Of a DNA stretch of 64,000 bases, positions 27,710-37,369 are shown piece after piece (positions within the stretch are counted from its first letter, which is position 1; the number at the start of each line of letters is the position of its first letter). Origin of the DNA: a virus. Lineage: Duplodnaviria > Heunggongvirae > Uroviricota > Caudoviricetes. The DNA lies in the IMG/VR virus record IMGVR_UViG_3300024054_000549; one strand, given 5' to 3'. A program made the translations under genes and the position numbers. The notes under the pieces are model-generated. The model ran no database searches and was not told the origin of the DNA. It saw only the letters and a program-made list of their open reading frames with translations.

Positions 27710-28464
27710 GTTACCCTTTTAATTTTTCTTATATTTGTTATCAGAAGTTTTCCAATATCAGGATATTTGTTCTTAATTACTGTGTATATAATACTTACAG
27801 CAAATAAAAGTCCTGTACTTCCTGGCCAAGGGAACGTTAAATTAGTAATTGTCGCCGTTCCGATGAACATCAATAATTTCATTCCATCTTGAGATGCGAA
27901 TATATCAGCTAAAGAATAATTTCCATTTAGAGCATCAAATAATGTGCTTTGGTCAAAGTCAAAATTGATATTGCCGGTAAAGGAAATCATTGAAGTCCAG
28001 ATATATATTAATAATCCAGCAAGTAATACACCACCAATTTTCTTAACAATAGGATGATTTTGCAAGAATTCATCCAGTTTCTTAAGATGCTCGTTACCAA
28101 ATTTTACTATTTTGTTATCAGCTAGGTATTTAGCTATAACATTATGTAAATCATCCCAAGCATTGTAACCATCTTTTACGATTTTTACTAATTTAGATAA
28201 ACTCCATCCGATTTTACTAAAAAAAGCGTATATTACTTTCTCTTTAAAAACCTTCAAAAGATTAACGAGTTCAACACCAATGATTTCTGCTAATTCCTTA
28301 ATGAAAGAAATACCAGTCTTTATTTTGTCAGAAAATGTGTCTAACAATCCCTCGTTCAGAATACCGGTTTTACCGTATTCTAAGATTAAATGATCTAATG
28401 CTGAATTGAATTCAGCATATTCCTGTTCAAAAATATATTCTTTAAACGTATTCGTTCCATTCAT
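27706..28464 (-). CDS. hypothetical membrane protein
   Basis: several hydrophobic segments in C-terminal half. Confidence 0.45.
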   Translation of the reverse strand: MNGTNTFKEYIFEQEYAEFNSALDHLILEYGKTGILNEGLLDTFSDKIKTGISFIKELAEIIGVELVNLLKVFKEKVIYAFFSKIGWSLSKLVKIVKDGYNAWDDLHNVIAKYLADNKIVKFGNEHLKKLDEFLQNHPIVKKIGGVLLAGLLIYIWTSMISFTGNINFDFDQSTLFDALNGNYSLADIFASQDGMKLLMFIGTATITNLTFPWPGSTGLLFAVSIIYTVIKNKYPDIGKLLITNIRKIKRVT

Positions 28465-28473
28465 AAATATTAT

Positions 28474-29052
28474 TTATATCTTTGAATCGATCAATCCTAT
28501 TTTAATAGCTTCTTCATAACCCATGAAATAATCTCGTTGTGTTCGTTTTTTCATATCTTCTAATGTGCTTTTTCCTTTTGAAAAAGTTACCATATCCGAT
28601 AAAATTTTATCTTGTAAGTACTTTGATTCATTAAAATCAATTTCAATATCATGAATTGTACCATACATTCCTGAAGAAACACTGTGAATCATGATCCTTG
28701 TGTTCTCTGTGCACTTCCTAGTTCCTGTTCCAGAAGCTAATAGATATGCTCCCATACTAGCACAAAATTCGATTCCGTGTGTATTAACTTTAGATTCGAT
28801 TGAGTAAATGACATCTTTAATAGCTAAACCGGAATAAACCGAACCACCAACAGAACTAATATATAGATCAATCGGCTCGGTCGGATTATCTGAATTTAAC
28901 CATAACAGTTGCATAATAATGTTCGTGCAAGCACTATTATCAATTTCACCATTTAAGTAAATAATTCTATTCTGTAGTAATTTAGTTGGTAAATCAAAAG
29001 ATTTTGATGTCCGACCTAATTTTTCAATAACACTAGGAAAAAAACTCATCAA
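28474..29052 (-). CDS. clpP: ClpP-like ATP-dependent protease proteolytic subunit (S14 family)
   Basis: colinear with ClpP: RIIYLNGEID..DLYISSVGGSV..CASMGAYLLASG..RIMIHSVS (Ser/His catalytic residues in context). Confidence 0.8.
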   Translation of the reverse strand: MMSFFPSVIEKLGRTSKSFDLPTKLLQNRIIYLNGEIDNSACTNIIMQLLWLNSDNPTEPIDLYISSVGGSVYSGLAIKDVIYSIESKVNTHGIEFCASMGAYLLASGTGTRKCTENTRIMIHSVSSGMYGTIHDIEIDFNESKYLQDKILSDMVTFSKGKSTLEDMKKRTQRDYFMGYEEAIKIGLIDSKI

Positions 29053-29289
29053 TCTTTTTCCTTGTATAAATCTTTATCAGATCCTAGAATCTCTTTCAGA
29101 TGATTTCCTGTAAAAATAACCCATTGACGAGTACCATCACCTAAATAATTCCCAGATGGTAAATAGTCAGGCCACTTATTATTAACGAGTTTAAAGTTCA
29201 TAACATATTCTTTTGCATCGAAGTATTTCATTTTTTCCATCCTTAATTATACATTACCAAAATTACAAAAATTACAAAAAATTTACTAA

Positions 29290-29655
29290 TCATTTACCTT
29301 CATAATAGTCCTTGTACGATTTAATTATAATTCTTTGTTTGATAATTAATGACTTAATTTCAGCTAAATTCATAGCTAAATTTTCATATGAATCGTCAGT
29401 TAAACCGAAAATTACTGGACTGTAATTCTTTTCTTTTAAATCTTTAAATACACTTTCAGCATTATCAGATGTAACTATAATCCACTTCAGAGGCTTTAAT
29501 TCTACAATTTTAGGCTCTTTAATCCGTAATTCTTCCTTACGAATTGGAACTGTATCAACAACTATGGGTTTAACTGGTTCGGCAGCACACCCAATTATAA
29601 GACTACTTAGAATTGGAATGAAAAAGTTCTTGGCATTCACTATTTGTTTCTCCAT
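29290..29655 (-). CDS. lipoprotein, candidate o-spanin
   Basis: MEKQ..FFIPILSSLIIGC lipobox followed by Pro-rich region; gene overlaps 3' end of upstream TM/coiled-coil gene in another frame (Rz/Rz1-like). Start chosen at internal Met (track ORF extends to 29712). Confidence 0.4.
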   Translation of the reverse strand: MEKQIVNAKNFFIPILSSLIIGCAAEPVKPIVVDTVPIRKEELRIKEPKIVELKPLKWIIVTSDNAESVFKDLKEKNYSPVIFGLTDDSYENLAMNLAEIKSLIIKQRIIIKSYKDYYEGK

Positions 29656-30085
29656 CTTTAATTTCTGATCCACTAGATAATTCAAAACATCTAAGAACCT
29701 TATTAGATGCATTATTGATTATTTTTTCCATCAATTTAGTTTTAGCTATTGCTATTTCACCAATATCTCGTTGCTGACCATTAGCTTTAACGTTTAATCT
29801 GTTGTTTAAATCACTAACTTCTTTTTCTAAGGAAGAATTCATTGAAATCAATCTATCGTTGATATTAACTATTTTTTTAGCTTCAATAATTTTTTCGCTA
29901 AGAGCATTTTTTTCAAGTTCAAGAGATTTTTTCAAAATGCTAATATTAAATTCAGACATTTCTAAATTATATCGTGCATCTTTAAGATCAGATTTTAACG
30001 AATTAATATACATGAATAGACCGATGATGAGCAAAAATTCCCCGATTATCAGAGCTAATCTTGCATATGAAAATGTTAAATTCAT
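29603..30085 (-). CDS. type II membrane coiled-coil protein, candidate i-spanin
   Basis: N-terminal TM LALIIGEFLLIIGLFMY then coiled-coil. Confidence 0.4.
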   Translation of the reverse strand: MNLTFSYARLALIIGEFLLIIGLFMYINSLKSDLKDARYNLEMSEFNISILKKSLELEKNALSEKIIEAKKIVNINDRLISMNSSLEKEVSDLNNRLNVKANGQQRDIGEIAIAKTKLMEKIINNASNKVLRCFELSSGSEIKDGETNSECQELFHSNSK

Positions 30086-30086
30086 T

Positions 30087-31184
30087 TTATTTCCTGTCAG
30101 ATGATTGAATAATGCGTTTAAATAAATTCTTATTGTTTAATTCAGAATCATATTGTGCGAGTTTTTTATAAACATCTGGTTCATTTTTCTTCAAAGATTT
30201 AAGAAACGAAATACAAATTTCAATTTCTAATGAGTACAGATAACACAGAAGATAAAAAATATCACTTTCACCATATTTATTACTTAGCTGATTAGCCAAT
30301 TCAATTTTCTGTATTGCTTCAATCTTAGAAATTTTTTCTGAAATATATGAACCTAATTCTTCAATTGTTGATACGGAATTTTTATGCTTAAGAATTAAAT
30401 TCTCAATATCGGTTATCTTTATTGAATCTTTGTAATTTTTGAAGAATACATAAAACTGAGAAGCAACCTCTGTTCCAATTTTTCCTTTCATAACTTGGAA
30501 CAGAATGTCATTGCTTATTTTATCGGCATTATTAAGATAATTACTGAGTTTAGCCCATGATCTAGGAGTTGCTCCAGTTCCTTCGCTGGAAAGCCAGTGC
30601 AATCGATCTGGATGCTCAGAAATAAATCCAATTATGGTATCGTTAATACCTGATTTTCTAGCCCATTTTAACCAAGATTCAGCATCTGGTTCAATTTTTA
30701 CATGCAAGAATCTATCCAGTAAGGCAGTATCTAATTCATCAACTTGGTACTGATCTGCTGGATTAATTGCCGCAACAATTAAAGTTCTTGAACCAGAAGT
30801 AACGGGTAACTCGTGTTCATGAATTTTCCGTTCAAGAACTAATTGCATAGCAGATTGTCTAACGTCAGTTTGAGCTCGATTTAATTCATCTAAAAATAGA
30901 ATACATTTCTTGCCATTTTTTGAAGCATTTCTCAATCGTTGAAGCCAAATTGGAACACTCCATGTAGTTAATGTTAATCCATCTGATTGAACAATATGAG
31001 GAATTCCAATTAAATCACCGATTTCGTTGTGAGATAAAAACAATTCCTCGATGTGGTAATCATTTTCAGTAGCGAATTGATTAACTATTTGAGATTTTCC
31101 AATACCATGAACACCTTCTAAGATAACTGTGTCGTCAGCAATTGCTGCAGCACTGATGATATTCTTAGCTGTTTGAATATTCAT
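30087..31184 (-). CDS. MoxR-like AAA+ ATPase
   Basis: Walker A GVHGIGKSQ, Walker B ILFLDELNRA, sensor region IVAAINP. Confidence 0.75.
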   Translation of the reverse strand: MNIQTAKNIISAAAIADDTVILEGVHGIGKSQIVNQFATENDYHIEELFLSHNEIGDLIGIPHIVQSDGLTLTTWSVPIWLQRLRNASKNGKKCILFLDELNRAQTDVRQSAMQLVLERKIHEHELPVTSGSRTLIVAAINPADQYQVDELDTALLDRFLHVKIEPDAESWLKWARKSGINDTIIGFISEHPDRLHWLSSEGTGATPRSWAKLSNYLNNADKISNDILFQVMKGKIGTEVASQFYVFFKNYKDSIKITDIENLILKHKNSVSTIEELGSYISEKISKIEAIQKIELANQLSNKYGESDIFYLLCYLYSLEIEICISFLKSLKKNEPDVYKKLAQYDSELNNKNLFKRIIQSSDRK

Positions 31185-31208
31185 TGTTTACGAATTAGAA
31201 ATTAGGAA

Positions 31209-31487
31209 TTAGAAATCTTCGTTTTCATCACCGTCATAATACGAATAATCCTTCGAATCGTCGAAATCTTTTTCATATTCTTCGTACTCATTATATTCTT
31301 CATATTCAGATTCGTTAGAATCCTGAATCCAGGTAACGATAACTTCAAATTTTCCACGATGCAATCCGTATTCATCAACTGGAATACTTGACTCGTTCAA
31401 AGTCCAATGAATATCGTCATCGATTTCAACAATACTCTCTGCATCATAAACTTTTTCAAAAATAACTTGGGTTTTAAAATTCTTCAT
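31209..31487 (-). CDS. hypothetical acidic protein
   Basis: ORF. Confidence 0.4.
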   Translation of the reverse strand: MKNFKTQVIFEKVYDAESIVEIDDDIHWTLNESSIPVDEYGLHRGKFEVIVTWIQDSNESEYEEYNEYEEYEKDFDDSKDYSYYDGDENEDF

Positions 31488-31772
31488 TTCATTCTTTCCT
31501 ATTAAGGTACGTTGTTGTCAATTTCTTTAGCATATACATTCAATAAATTTGTATAAGCTGTTACTAAACTTTCCGGTAAATTATGATCGTCTTTAAGTAA
31601 AAGTTTTGTTATTTCATTTGCAAGAATCCTCGAACATTTAATTTCTTCAATATAATCTGTCATGTTAAACCTCGCTATAGTTTAAATCTAAACATTTAAA
31701 TATATCCACACATCAATACTATGATCTCTTACTACACAGTATTCTACCGTTATCTATTGAATAGAGAATTGA

Positions 31773-33998
31773 TTAAAACTTCATTTCAAATTTAGCTCCT
31801 ACAGAATAACCATTTACCCCACGCTCACCGTAGGATTTAATAATTTCAGCACTGAAATTCGACTGTTCATTAGAGCGGAAGATATAATTGAAGCCTAGGT
31901 TAACTTCGCGCTCTGAAGGTTTAATATTAACCTTCTCATTGTGATAAATGATATTCCCATCCATATCACGAGCTACTGGAACATGCAAATTCATCGATCC
32001 TTTAACAACACTAATCGGACTAGATAACCGAACTCGTGCATCGGATTTTTTATCAATTGACCATCCATACTGGACGCCAGCACCAATTCCATGGAAACTA
32101 GAAGTTTCAGAAATCAAACTGTTAGAATTTTTTGTCCCTGGGGAAACACCATAGTCAAGCCATGCTCCCCATCCTGTCCATTCTGAATTTCCTAGTAAGC
32201 CACGGAAATAATGAGTTCGAGTATTCTCTGTGTTCAATGCCCCGCTAGAAACAGTACCAAACATTCCAGCAGCTTGACCGTAATGAATGGTTAAATCACC
32301 TAATGTATAACCAACTGTAACCTCACTTGTTCCTTCTTTAAGACCAAGTTTGAAATTGCCGGCGTTTAGCTGTTTAAATTCACCAAAATTATATTTTGAG
32401 TTAGTTACAACAACAGCTTTAGTCAAATCAATGTTAAATGCCCTGTCAAAATCATCTAGCACAACAGCATCACGAAGTGAACTAGACTTAAGAGCTGAAG
32501 CAACAGCAGCAGGAACAACGATAACAGTTTTATTCAGAGATGCCGAATTTGAATCAATCTTGGATCCCAATGGGAGCTTAATATCACCGATTGGTTTCAT
32601 TGCTTTTGCTACATTCAGTGAACCATTACCGTAAACATCATCAATACCAGGTTCACCGAGATCATCGGCTGTGGCGAAAATAATTTTAGTGATTTGACCA
32701 CCAGTCAAATGAGGGAATTTTTCAATTAGCAATGCTGCGGCACCAGAAACAACCGGAGCAGCCATACTCGTACCACTGAGCTGAATGGTTTCGAGTAATT
32801 TATAAGAACTAGTTGAATTAATGGCTGAACCAGGCGCTGTGATGTACCAATTCTTTGTAACACCAGCCTTGTTTGAATAAGAGGCAAGTTTCCCGGTTTC
32901 GTCTAATGCCCCAACAGCTATAAATCCACCGATTCCTTTTACTAAACCTTCATAGCCTTTAATAATTGGCAAGGCAGCAGGAAATCCGCATGACACGATT
33001 CCGGTTGAATCTGGCAAACAAGATTTCTTATCATTACCAGCAGCTGTAACAACAATCATTCCAGCATTAACGGCCTGAATAAATCCAGATGTGCTGAAAT
33101 CGGGTGTTGAAGTAAACCCAGAGTCCGTATACATGAAATTGAAAATTTCTTCATTAACAGGAAGGGGATTAACAACATTATACTTCATGGCAACGCCCAA
33201 TGAAAGGTTAGCTACTTTAGCCCCTTCTTTTACGGCAAGTTTAAGTCCACGATGTACATCTGTTGGATATAAAGTCCGACCAGAATCACCAAGAACCTTA
33301 ATTGGAAGAATTGTTGAATTAAATGCCACACCGTGAATACCACGATCATTTTTTGCAGCACCAATAATACCAGCAACATGTGTCCCGTGAATATTCTTAT
33401 CAACAGCACCTTCGGTAATAACACCATTTATAACGGTATATCCCAATTTAGCATTGTTAAATTCTTCACGCCGACCAAGGCCGGTATCAAGAACAGCAAC
33501 AGTCACACCATTCCCGGTATATCCCTGCTTATAAGCACTGTCCGCTCCGATAGCCGACAAAGCTCTGTTAAACAGATATTCTTTTGTTTGGTAATTAATT
33601 TCTGTTTGGACTGTGTTTGGATTTTGAGTTGTTGGATTCAATACATCATTGACTCTAACCCGTTCAGCTTGGAATAATTCAAGCGTGTCCTTAGTATCTT
33701 GAAGTTTATTTTTGTATTCTTCAGATTTACCTGCATCTTTGAAGTACTTATTATTAGTATACAGGTTGAGAAGAGTTCCGTAAGATTTCTCTAAACCCGT
33801 ATAGTTTTTAATCATGTTATCAAGCAAATTTAACTTTTCTTTACCATCTTTTAGCTTTGAGAACATATTAAATGTTTTAACATCAGCTACTTGAGATTCC
33901 ATCTGAATGATGTTTAACTCAGCTTCAGAAGCTATTGCTATGTCAGACATAGGAAATGTTAACGCAAGAGAGAGAACTAAAGGTTTAATTTTGCTCAT
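31773..33998 (-). CDS. secreted subtilisin-like serine protease (S8) with C-terminal autotransporter-like beta-barrel
   Basis: signal peptide MSKIKPLVLSLALTF; catalytic triad motifs VAVLDTGL, HGTHVAGII, GTSMAAPVVSGAAAL; C-terminus ..VGAKFEMKF ending in Phe (OM beta-barrel signature). Confidence 0.8.
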   Translation of the reverse strand: MSKIKPLVLSLALTFPMSDIAIASEAELNIIQMESQVADVKTFNMFSKLKDGKEKLNLLDNMIKNYTGLEKSYGTLLNLYTNNKYFKDAGKSEEYKNKLQDTKDTLELFQAERVRVNDVLNPTTQNPNTVQTEINYQTKEYLFNRALSAIGADSAYKQGYTGNGVTVAVLDTGLGRREEFNNAKLGYTVINGVITEGAVDKNIHGTHVAGIIGAAKNDRGIHGVAFNSTILPIKVLGDSGRTLYPTDVHRGLKLAVKEGAKVANLSLGVAMKYNVVNPLPVNEEIFNFMYTDSGFTSTPDFSTSGFIQAVNAGMIVVTAAGNDKKSCLPDSTGIVSCGFPAALPIIKGYEGLVKGIGGFIAVGALDETGKLASYSNKAGVTKNWYITAPGSAINSTSSYKLLETIQLSGTSMAAPVVSGAAALLIEKFPHLTGGQITKIIFATADDLGEPGIDDVYGNGSLNVAKAMKPIGDIKLPLGSKIDSNSASLNKTVIVVPAAVASALKSSSLRDAVVLDDFDRAFNIDLTKAVVVTNSKYNFGEFKQLNAGNFKLGLKEGTSEVTVGYTLGDLTIHYGQAAGMFGTVSSGALNTENTRTHYFRGLLGNSEWTGWGAWLDYGVSPGTKNSNSLISETSSFHGIGAGVQYGWSIDKKSDARVRLSSPISVVKGSMNLHVPVARDMDGNIIYHNEKVNIKPSEREVNLGFNYIFRSNEQSNFSAEIIKSYGERGVNGYSVGAKFEMKF

Positions 33999-34016
33999 TT
34001 CATCACCCATTAAAAA

Positions 34017-34139
34017 CCGTAAATTGCTTTACCAATCAAAAACCCGATGATTATTGTGATGGTAAAATATACCAACTTGTCACCAAAGTTATGACTATTT
34101 GAATCAGTGTCGAAATTAATTGAGGGTTTCATTTTTGAA
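34017..34139 (-). CDS. small hydrophobic peptide (40 aa)
   Basis: hand translation MKPSINFDTDSNSHNFGDKLVYFTITIIIGFLIGKAIYGF, directly downstream of an early promoter. Confidence 0.3.
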
Positions 34140-34161
34140 TCCAGCTGTTTAACACGGGTTC

Positions 34162-34189
34162 ATTATAACACATTCTTTGAAAATGTAAA
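34162..34189 (-). promoter_or_regulatory. T4-early-type sigma70 promoter (GTTTACA -N17- TATAAT)
   Basis: plus-strand cattataacacattctttgaaaatgtaaacac. Confidence 0.6.
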
Positions 34190-34233
34190 CACTTTTTTGA
34201 ATTTTTTCAAATATATTTATATGACAGGTGAAT

Positions 34234-34440
34234 TTATTCGTTATCTAGATTCATCAGATAGTTGTAAACGACGATTGGGGTTAATGAATAGATTTGTTCA
34301 GGTGTGCTTCCGTTGAATGTCTCATTTGAACTATTCCACCACTCTTGAGCCATCTTTTTGCCTAATAGAGCAATGACTAACGCCTCGCATCTAGCTCGCA
34401 TATTTTCTGGACTGATGTAGAAACTATTTGGATATGACAT
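34234..34440 (-). CDS. small protein with DUF2384/ParS-MbcA antitoxin-like C-terminal domain
   Basis: ..WWNSSNETFNGSTPEQIYSLTPIVVYNYL pattern (W..pN..lgG.tP..l). Confidence 0.35.
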   Translation of the reverse strand: MSYPNSFYISPENMRARCEALVIALLGKKMAQEWWNSSNETFNGSTPEQIYSLTPIVVYNYLMNLDNE

Positions 34441-34466
34441 TTCTTATTCTCAATGATTAAAATTTA

Positions 34467-34649
34467 TTATACAAATCCCATTATTGTTCCGATTGGAAAA
34501 ATAAATATACCAATAACTCGGAGAAAAAGTTCTGCCGTTAATTCTAAATTTAGGCAGAATAGTTTAACTACATTAGCAATCCAAGCACCTATCGAAAGTA
34601 TTACTATCGAAATGAACAGGTAAATTGCGCCGGGTGATGGTATTCTCAT
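34467..34649 (-). CDS. small membrane protein
   Basis: two hydrophobic helices. Confidence 0.35.
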   Translation of the reverse strand: MRIPSPGAIYLFISIVILSIGAWIANVVKLFCLNLELTAELFLRVIGIFIFPIGTIMGFV

Positions 34650-34742
34650 TTTTAATCCTTAAGTATTTGTACTATAGCACCGTAGCACTATAGAATTTTG
34701 TTCCTTGTCGAATTGATTCAAAATATGAACTCGTAGATTATA

Positions 34743-34750
34743 TATAAATA
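34743..34750 (+). promoter_or_regulatory. T4-type late promoter TATAAATA
   Basis: exact TATAAATA 20 nt upstream of ATG 34771. Confidence 0.55.
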
Positions 34751-34770
34751 AATTTTCAAAGGTTCTAACA

Positions 34771-35301
34771 ATGTTCGATAAAATTTCACTTTCACCCAAT
34801 GATCTAGATTGTCGGATAACGATGATAACCGATAAATCTGGTAAAATTCAATACGTTAGCGACTATTTTTTATCAACTACCGGTTTCACTAGAGAAGAAT
34901 TAATCGGTCAAAATCCTAGAATATTCTCATCTGGTTTACATAACAAGCAATTCTGGGAAAGAGTTTTTAAACATATTGAGCAAAATGGTGAATGGTCAGG
35001 ATATATAACTAATCTTACCAAAGCAGGAACTCAATATGAAATGTTTGAAATAATTTTCGACATTGGTGAAATGTATGTCGTCGTTAGAGCTCCATCAAAT
35101 AATACGATGAGAGTTCAAACGAAATTATTTATTAAAGATCTCATTTACGAACTATCACAACCATTAACTTATCTTGTGTTCCTTTCTGGCATGCTAAAGA
35201 ATAATAAAACAGTTAATATAAACGATGAGAAAGAAATGTTAGTTGAAAGTATCAATAGATTAGATTTAATTCTAAATAACATCAAATCATTATCACTCTA
35301 A
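34771..35301 (+). CDS. PAS-domain protein
   Basis: GFTREELIGQNPRIFSSG...FW.......GEWSGYITNLTKAGTQY resembles PAS fold signature. Confidence 0.5.
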   Translation: MFDKISLSPNDLDCRITMITDKSGKIQYVSDYFLSTTGFTREELIGQNPRIFSSGLHNKQFWERVFKHIEQNGEWSGYITNLTKAGTQYEMFEIIFDIGEMYVVVRAPSNNTMRVQTKLFIKDLIYELSQPLTYLVFLSGMLKNNKTVNINDEKEMLVESINRLDLILNNIKSLSL

Positions 35302-35564
35302 TCTGTGCATTTAGAATAAGAACCAATACCACCAGCATTCAAAACAGTGAATCCTTTTGAACGTAAATGCTTTACAGCCATTTCACTTCGAGAACCACTT
35401 CGGCAGTACAATAAGTACTTATTGTTCACATTAAGTGAGTCAATTTCACTTAGTCTGACATTAATTGCACCTTTAATTTTTGCATATCCAAATTCGTGAG
35501 GTTCCCTCACATCAACAAGGATCCACCCGTCGTTTAAATAATCTTGTAGTACTTCACATGACAT
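35298..35564 (-). CDS. rhodanese-domain protein
   Basis: single rhodanese fold with active-site loop CRSGSRS. Confidence 0.7.
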   Translation of the reverse strand: MSCEVLQDYLNDGWILVDVREPHEFGYAKIKGAINVRLSEIDSLNVNNKYLLYCRSGSRSEMAVKHLRSKGFTVLNAGGIGSYSKCTD

Positions 35565-35579
35565 AAATTAACTCTTAAC

Positions 35580-36236
35580 TTAAAATTTCTTAGCTGTTTC
35601 AATAATCGAATTAAAAACGGCTTGACGTTTAACAAAATACTGAAAAAGCCGCATAGTATTAAATGCATCAATATCTGCACGATGTGCCAATCCTTTAAAA
35701 GGCATTTTATAGATACCCATGGCAGAACCTAACCCACCCGCTGGCTTTTTTCCCTTTGCGATTTGATTGAATAAATGAAAAGTCTTGACATCTATCCATC
35801 TACGACCAAAGAATGGAAATTCAACATTTCGATCTTTGAATTCTTGCAGCAATTCAACTGAATCTCCTCCACCCCATGTTACAGGGTTCACGAAACAGTT
35901 ATGCTCTGATATCAAATCACCAAGTTCTTTTGCAAGATCGCTGTGTGAAATGGCATAGGTTTCGATATCTTGATCGGTAATACCAGTTAATGCTGTAATT
36001 TCTGGATAAATTGGCTCGTTAGGATCAATGTACCATTTTTTAACGATCCATTCAGATTCGTCACTTTCAACGGAACCGATAGCAACACCAACCTGAATAA
36101 TTTTCGGTTTTGGTGTGCTACCATCGGCTGTATTATTAAGTTCTAAGTCAAGAGCAAGAAAGTTCATTTTACTCGTCTGATTTACTAATAGTCCAGGTTC
36201 CATCACTGTTATCTGTCCAAATAAGAGTGTCTCCAA
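35580..36236 (-). CDS. DEDDh-type 3'-5' exonuclease (DnaQ/oligoribonuclease-like)
   Basis: exo I LALDLELNN, exo III HRADIDAFNT; true start probably MNFLALDL (~36167). Confidence 0.7.
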   Translation of the reverse strand: METLLFGQITVMEPGLLVNQTSKMNFLALDLELNNTADGSTPKPKIIQVGVAIGSVESDESEWIVKKWYIDPNEPIYPEITALTGITDQDIETYAISHSDLAKELGDLISEHNCFVNPVTWGGGDSVELLQEFKDRNVEFPFFGRRWIDVKTFHLFNQIAKGKKPAGGLGSAMGIYKMPFKGLAHRADIDAFNTMRLFQYFVKRQAVFNSIIETAKKF

Positions 36237-36360
36237 TTTTCCAATTAACTTCGTCTAATACTTCGGGTGGAAATACTAAATAGAAATTTCCTTCCTCATC
36301 TTCGTCGATTGTTGCTAGATAATTGTTTGGCATGTCCATTTGGAAATCCTTAAGAATATG

Positions 36361-37149
36361 TTACTTCATCATCAATGAATTGAAATTAGCTGGCACAACA
36401 ATAGTCTGAACCTTCCCGTCACGAATTCCTTCAGAAATATTAATCATAGCCATAGCATTCATGTACTCAACTGCACCTTTGTTTGCATTCAAAGCAGCAA
36501 TACGTTCAGCCTCTTTCTTTGCTGTTGCAACTTCAACTTCTTTTTTCTTCAATTCATTTTGAGCTCGAACCAAATCATTAGCAGAAGCAATAATTGCATC
36601 AGCAGGAAGAATTTGACGAACTAGAACCTGTTGAACACTAATCGAGTCATCTAGTTTTTCAGATGCTAGAACTGCAACCATGGCTTCGCGAATTTCTTGT
36701 TCAATCTGAGTTCGAGCATCATTCATTTTCAATGCTTCGTACTTCCTTGCACTCTTATATGTTGCATTTCGTGCAATACGATAAATGTAGTTATACATTA
36801 GAAGAATGTCACCGTCTTTCGTTGCACTATGAAATTCTTTGTTCTTATCTATATATAGCTCTGCTACTTTTGCTGGATTGATTGAGTACACGATAGATAC
36901 ATCAAAGTCTTTAATTGTTGAGTTATCAGCTGCAAGCGGTGACATATCAGCAACATCAACTTGAACATCTTTTACACTGAAGGTTAATACTTCTCCGATA
37001 ATCGTTTGATTCCAGGAGCCAGGAAGCAGTTCTTCTTGTTTAATTTGTTTATCAAATCCTACCCGAACGCCAACCTCACCGGTTTCAATTCGAGTACAAC
37101 CAGAACTCATAATAGCCAATGCAATAGCAGACATCGCGAACATTTTCAT
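36361..37149 (-). CDS. SPFH/band-7 (prohibitin/HflKC-like) lipoprotein
   Basis: lipobox AIMSSGC; ETGEVGVRVGF.. SPFH domain; C-terminal Ala/Glu-rich coiled coil. Confidence 0.75.
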   Translation of the reverse strand: MKMFAMSAIALAIMSSGCTRIETGEVGVRVGFDKQIKQEELLPGSWNQTIIGEVLTFSVKDVQVDVADMSPLAADNSTIKDFDVSIVYSINPAKVAELYIDKNKEFHSATKDGDILLMYNYIYRIARNATYKSARKYEALKMNDARTQIEQEIREAMVAVLASEKLDDSISVQQVLVRQILPADAIIASANDLVRAQNELKKKEVEVATAKKEAERIAALNANKGAVEYMNAMAMINISEGIRDGKVQTIVVPANFNSLMMK

Positions 37150-37164
37150 ATTTAAATCTCTTTC

Positions 37165-37341
37165 TTAAAAAATTACAACAATAATTGACATTAAAACAAC
37201 TGCTAGTGCTGAAATAGTTCCACTGTACATAGCAATTTTAATTGCGCTCCAGCGTTCTTTACCTGAAGCATTTCTGAACGAGTAAATCATCAGGTGAATA
37301 ATCACCGCCAGAATTCCAAACCAGAGAATAAGTTTAACCAT
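37165..37341 (-). CDS. small membrane protein, possible NfeD-like partner of SPFH
   Basis: hand translation MVKLILWFGILAVIIHLMIYSF...; classic SPFH-NfeD operon arrangement. Confidence 0.35.
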   Translation of the reverse strand: MVKLILWFGILAVIIHLMIYSFRNASGKERWSAIKIAMYSGTISALAVVLMSIIVVIF

Positions 37342-37369
37342 TTACAATCTCCATTAAGTATTTGGTACT

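Noticed and set aside
33091-33677. Plus- and minus-strand short ORFs inside the subtilase gene (33091..33336, 33230..33427, 33333..33677)
   Set aside because: Nested within a well-supported long CDS; no independent signals.
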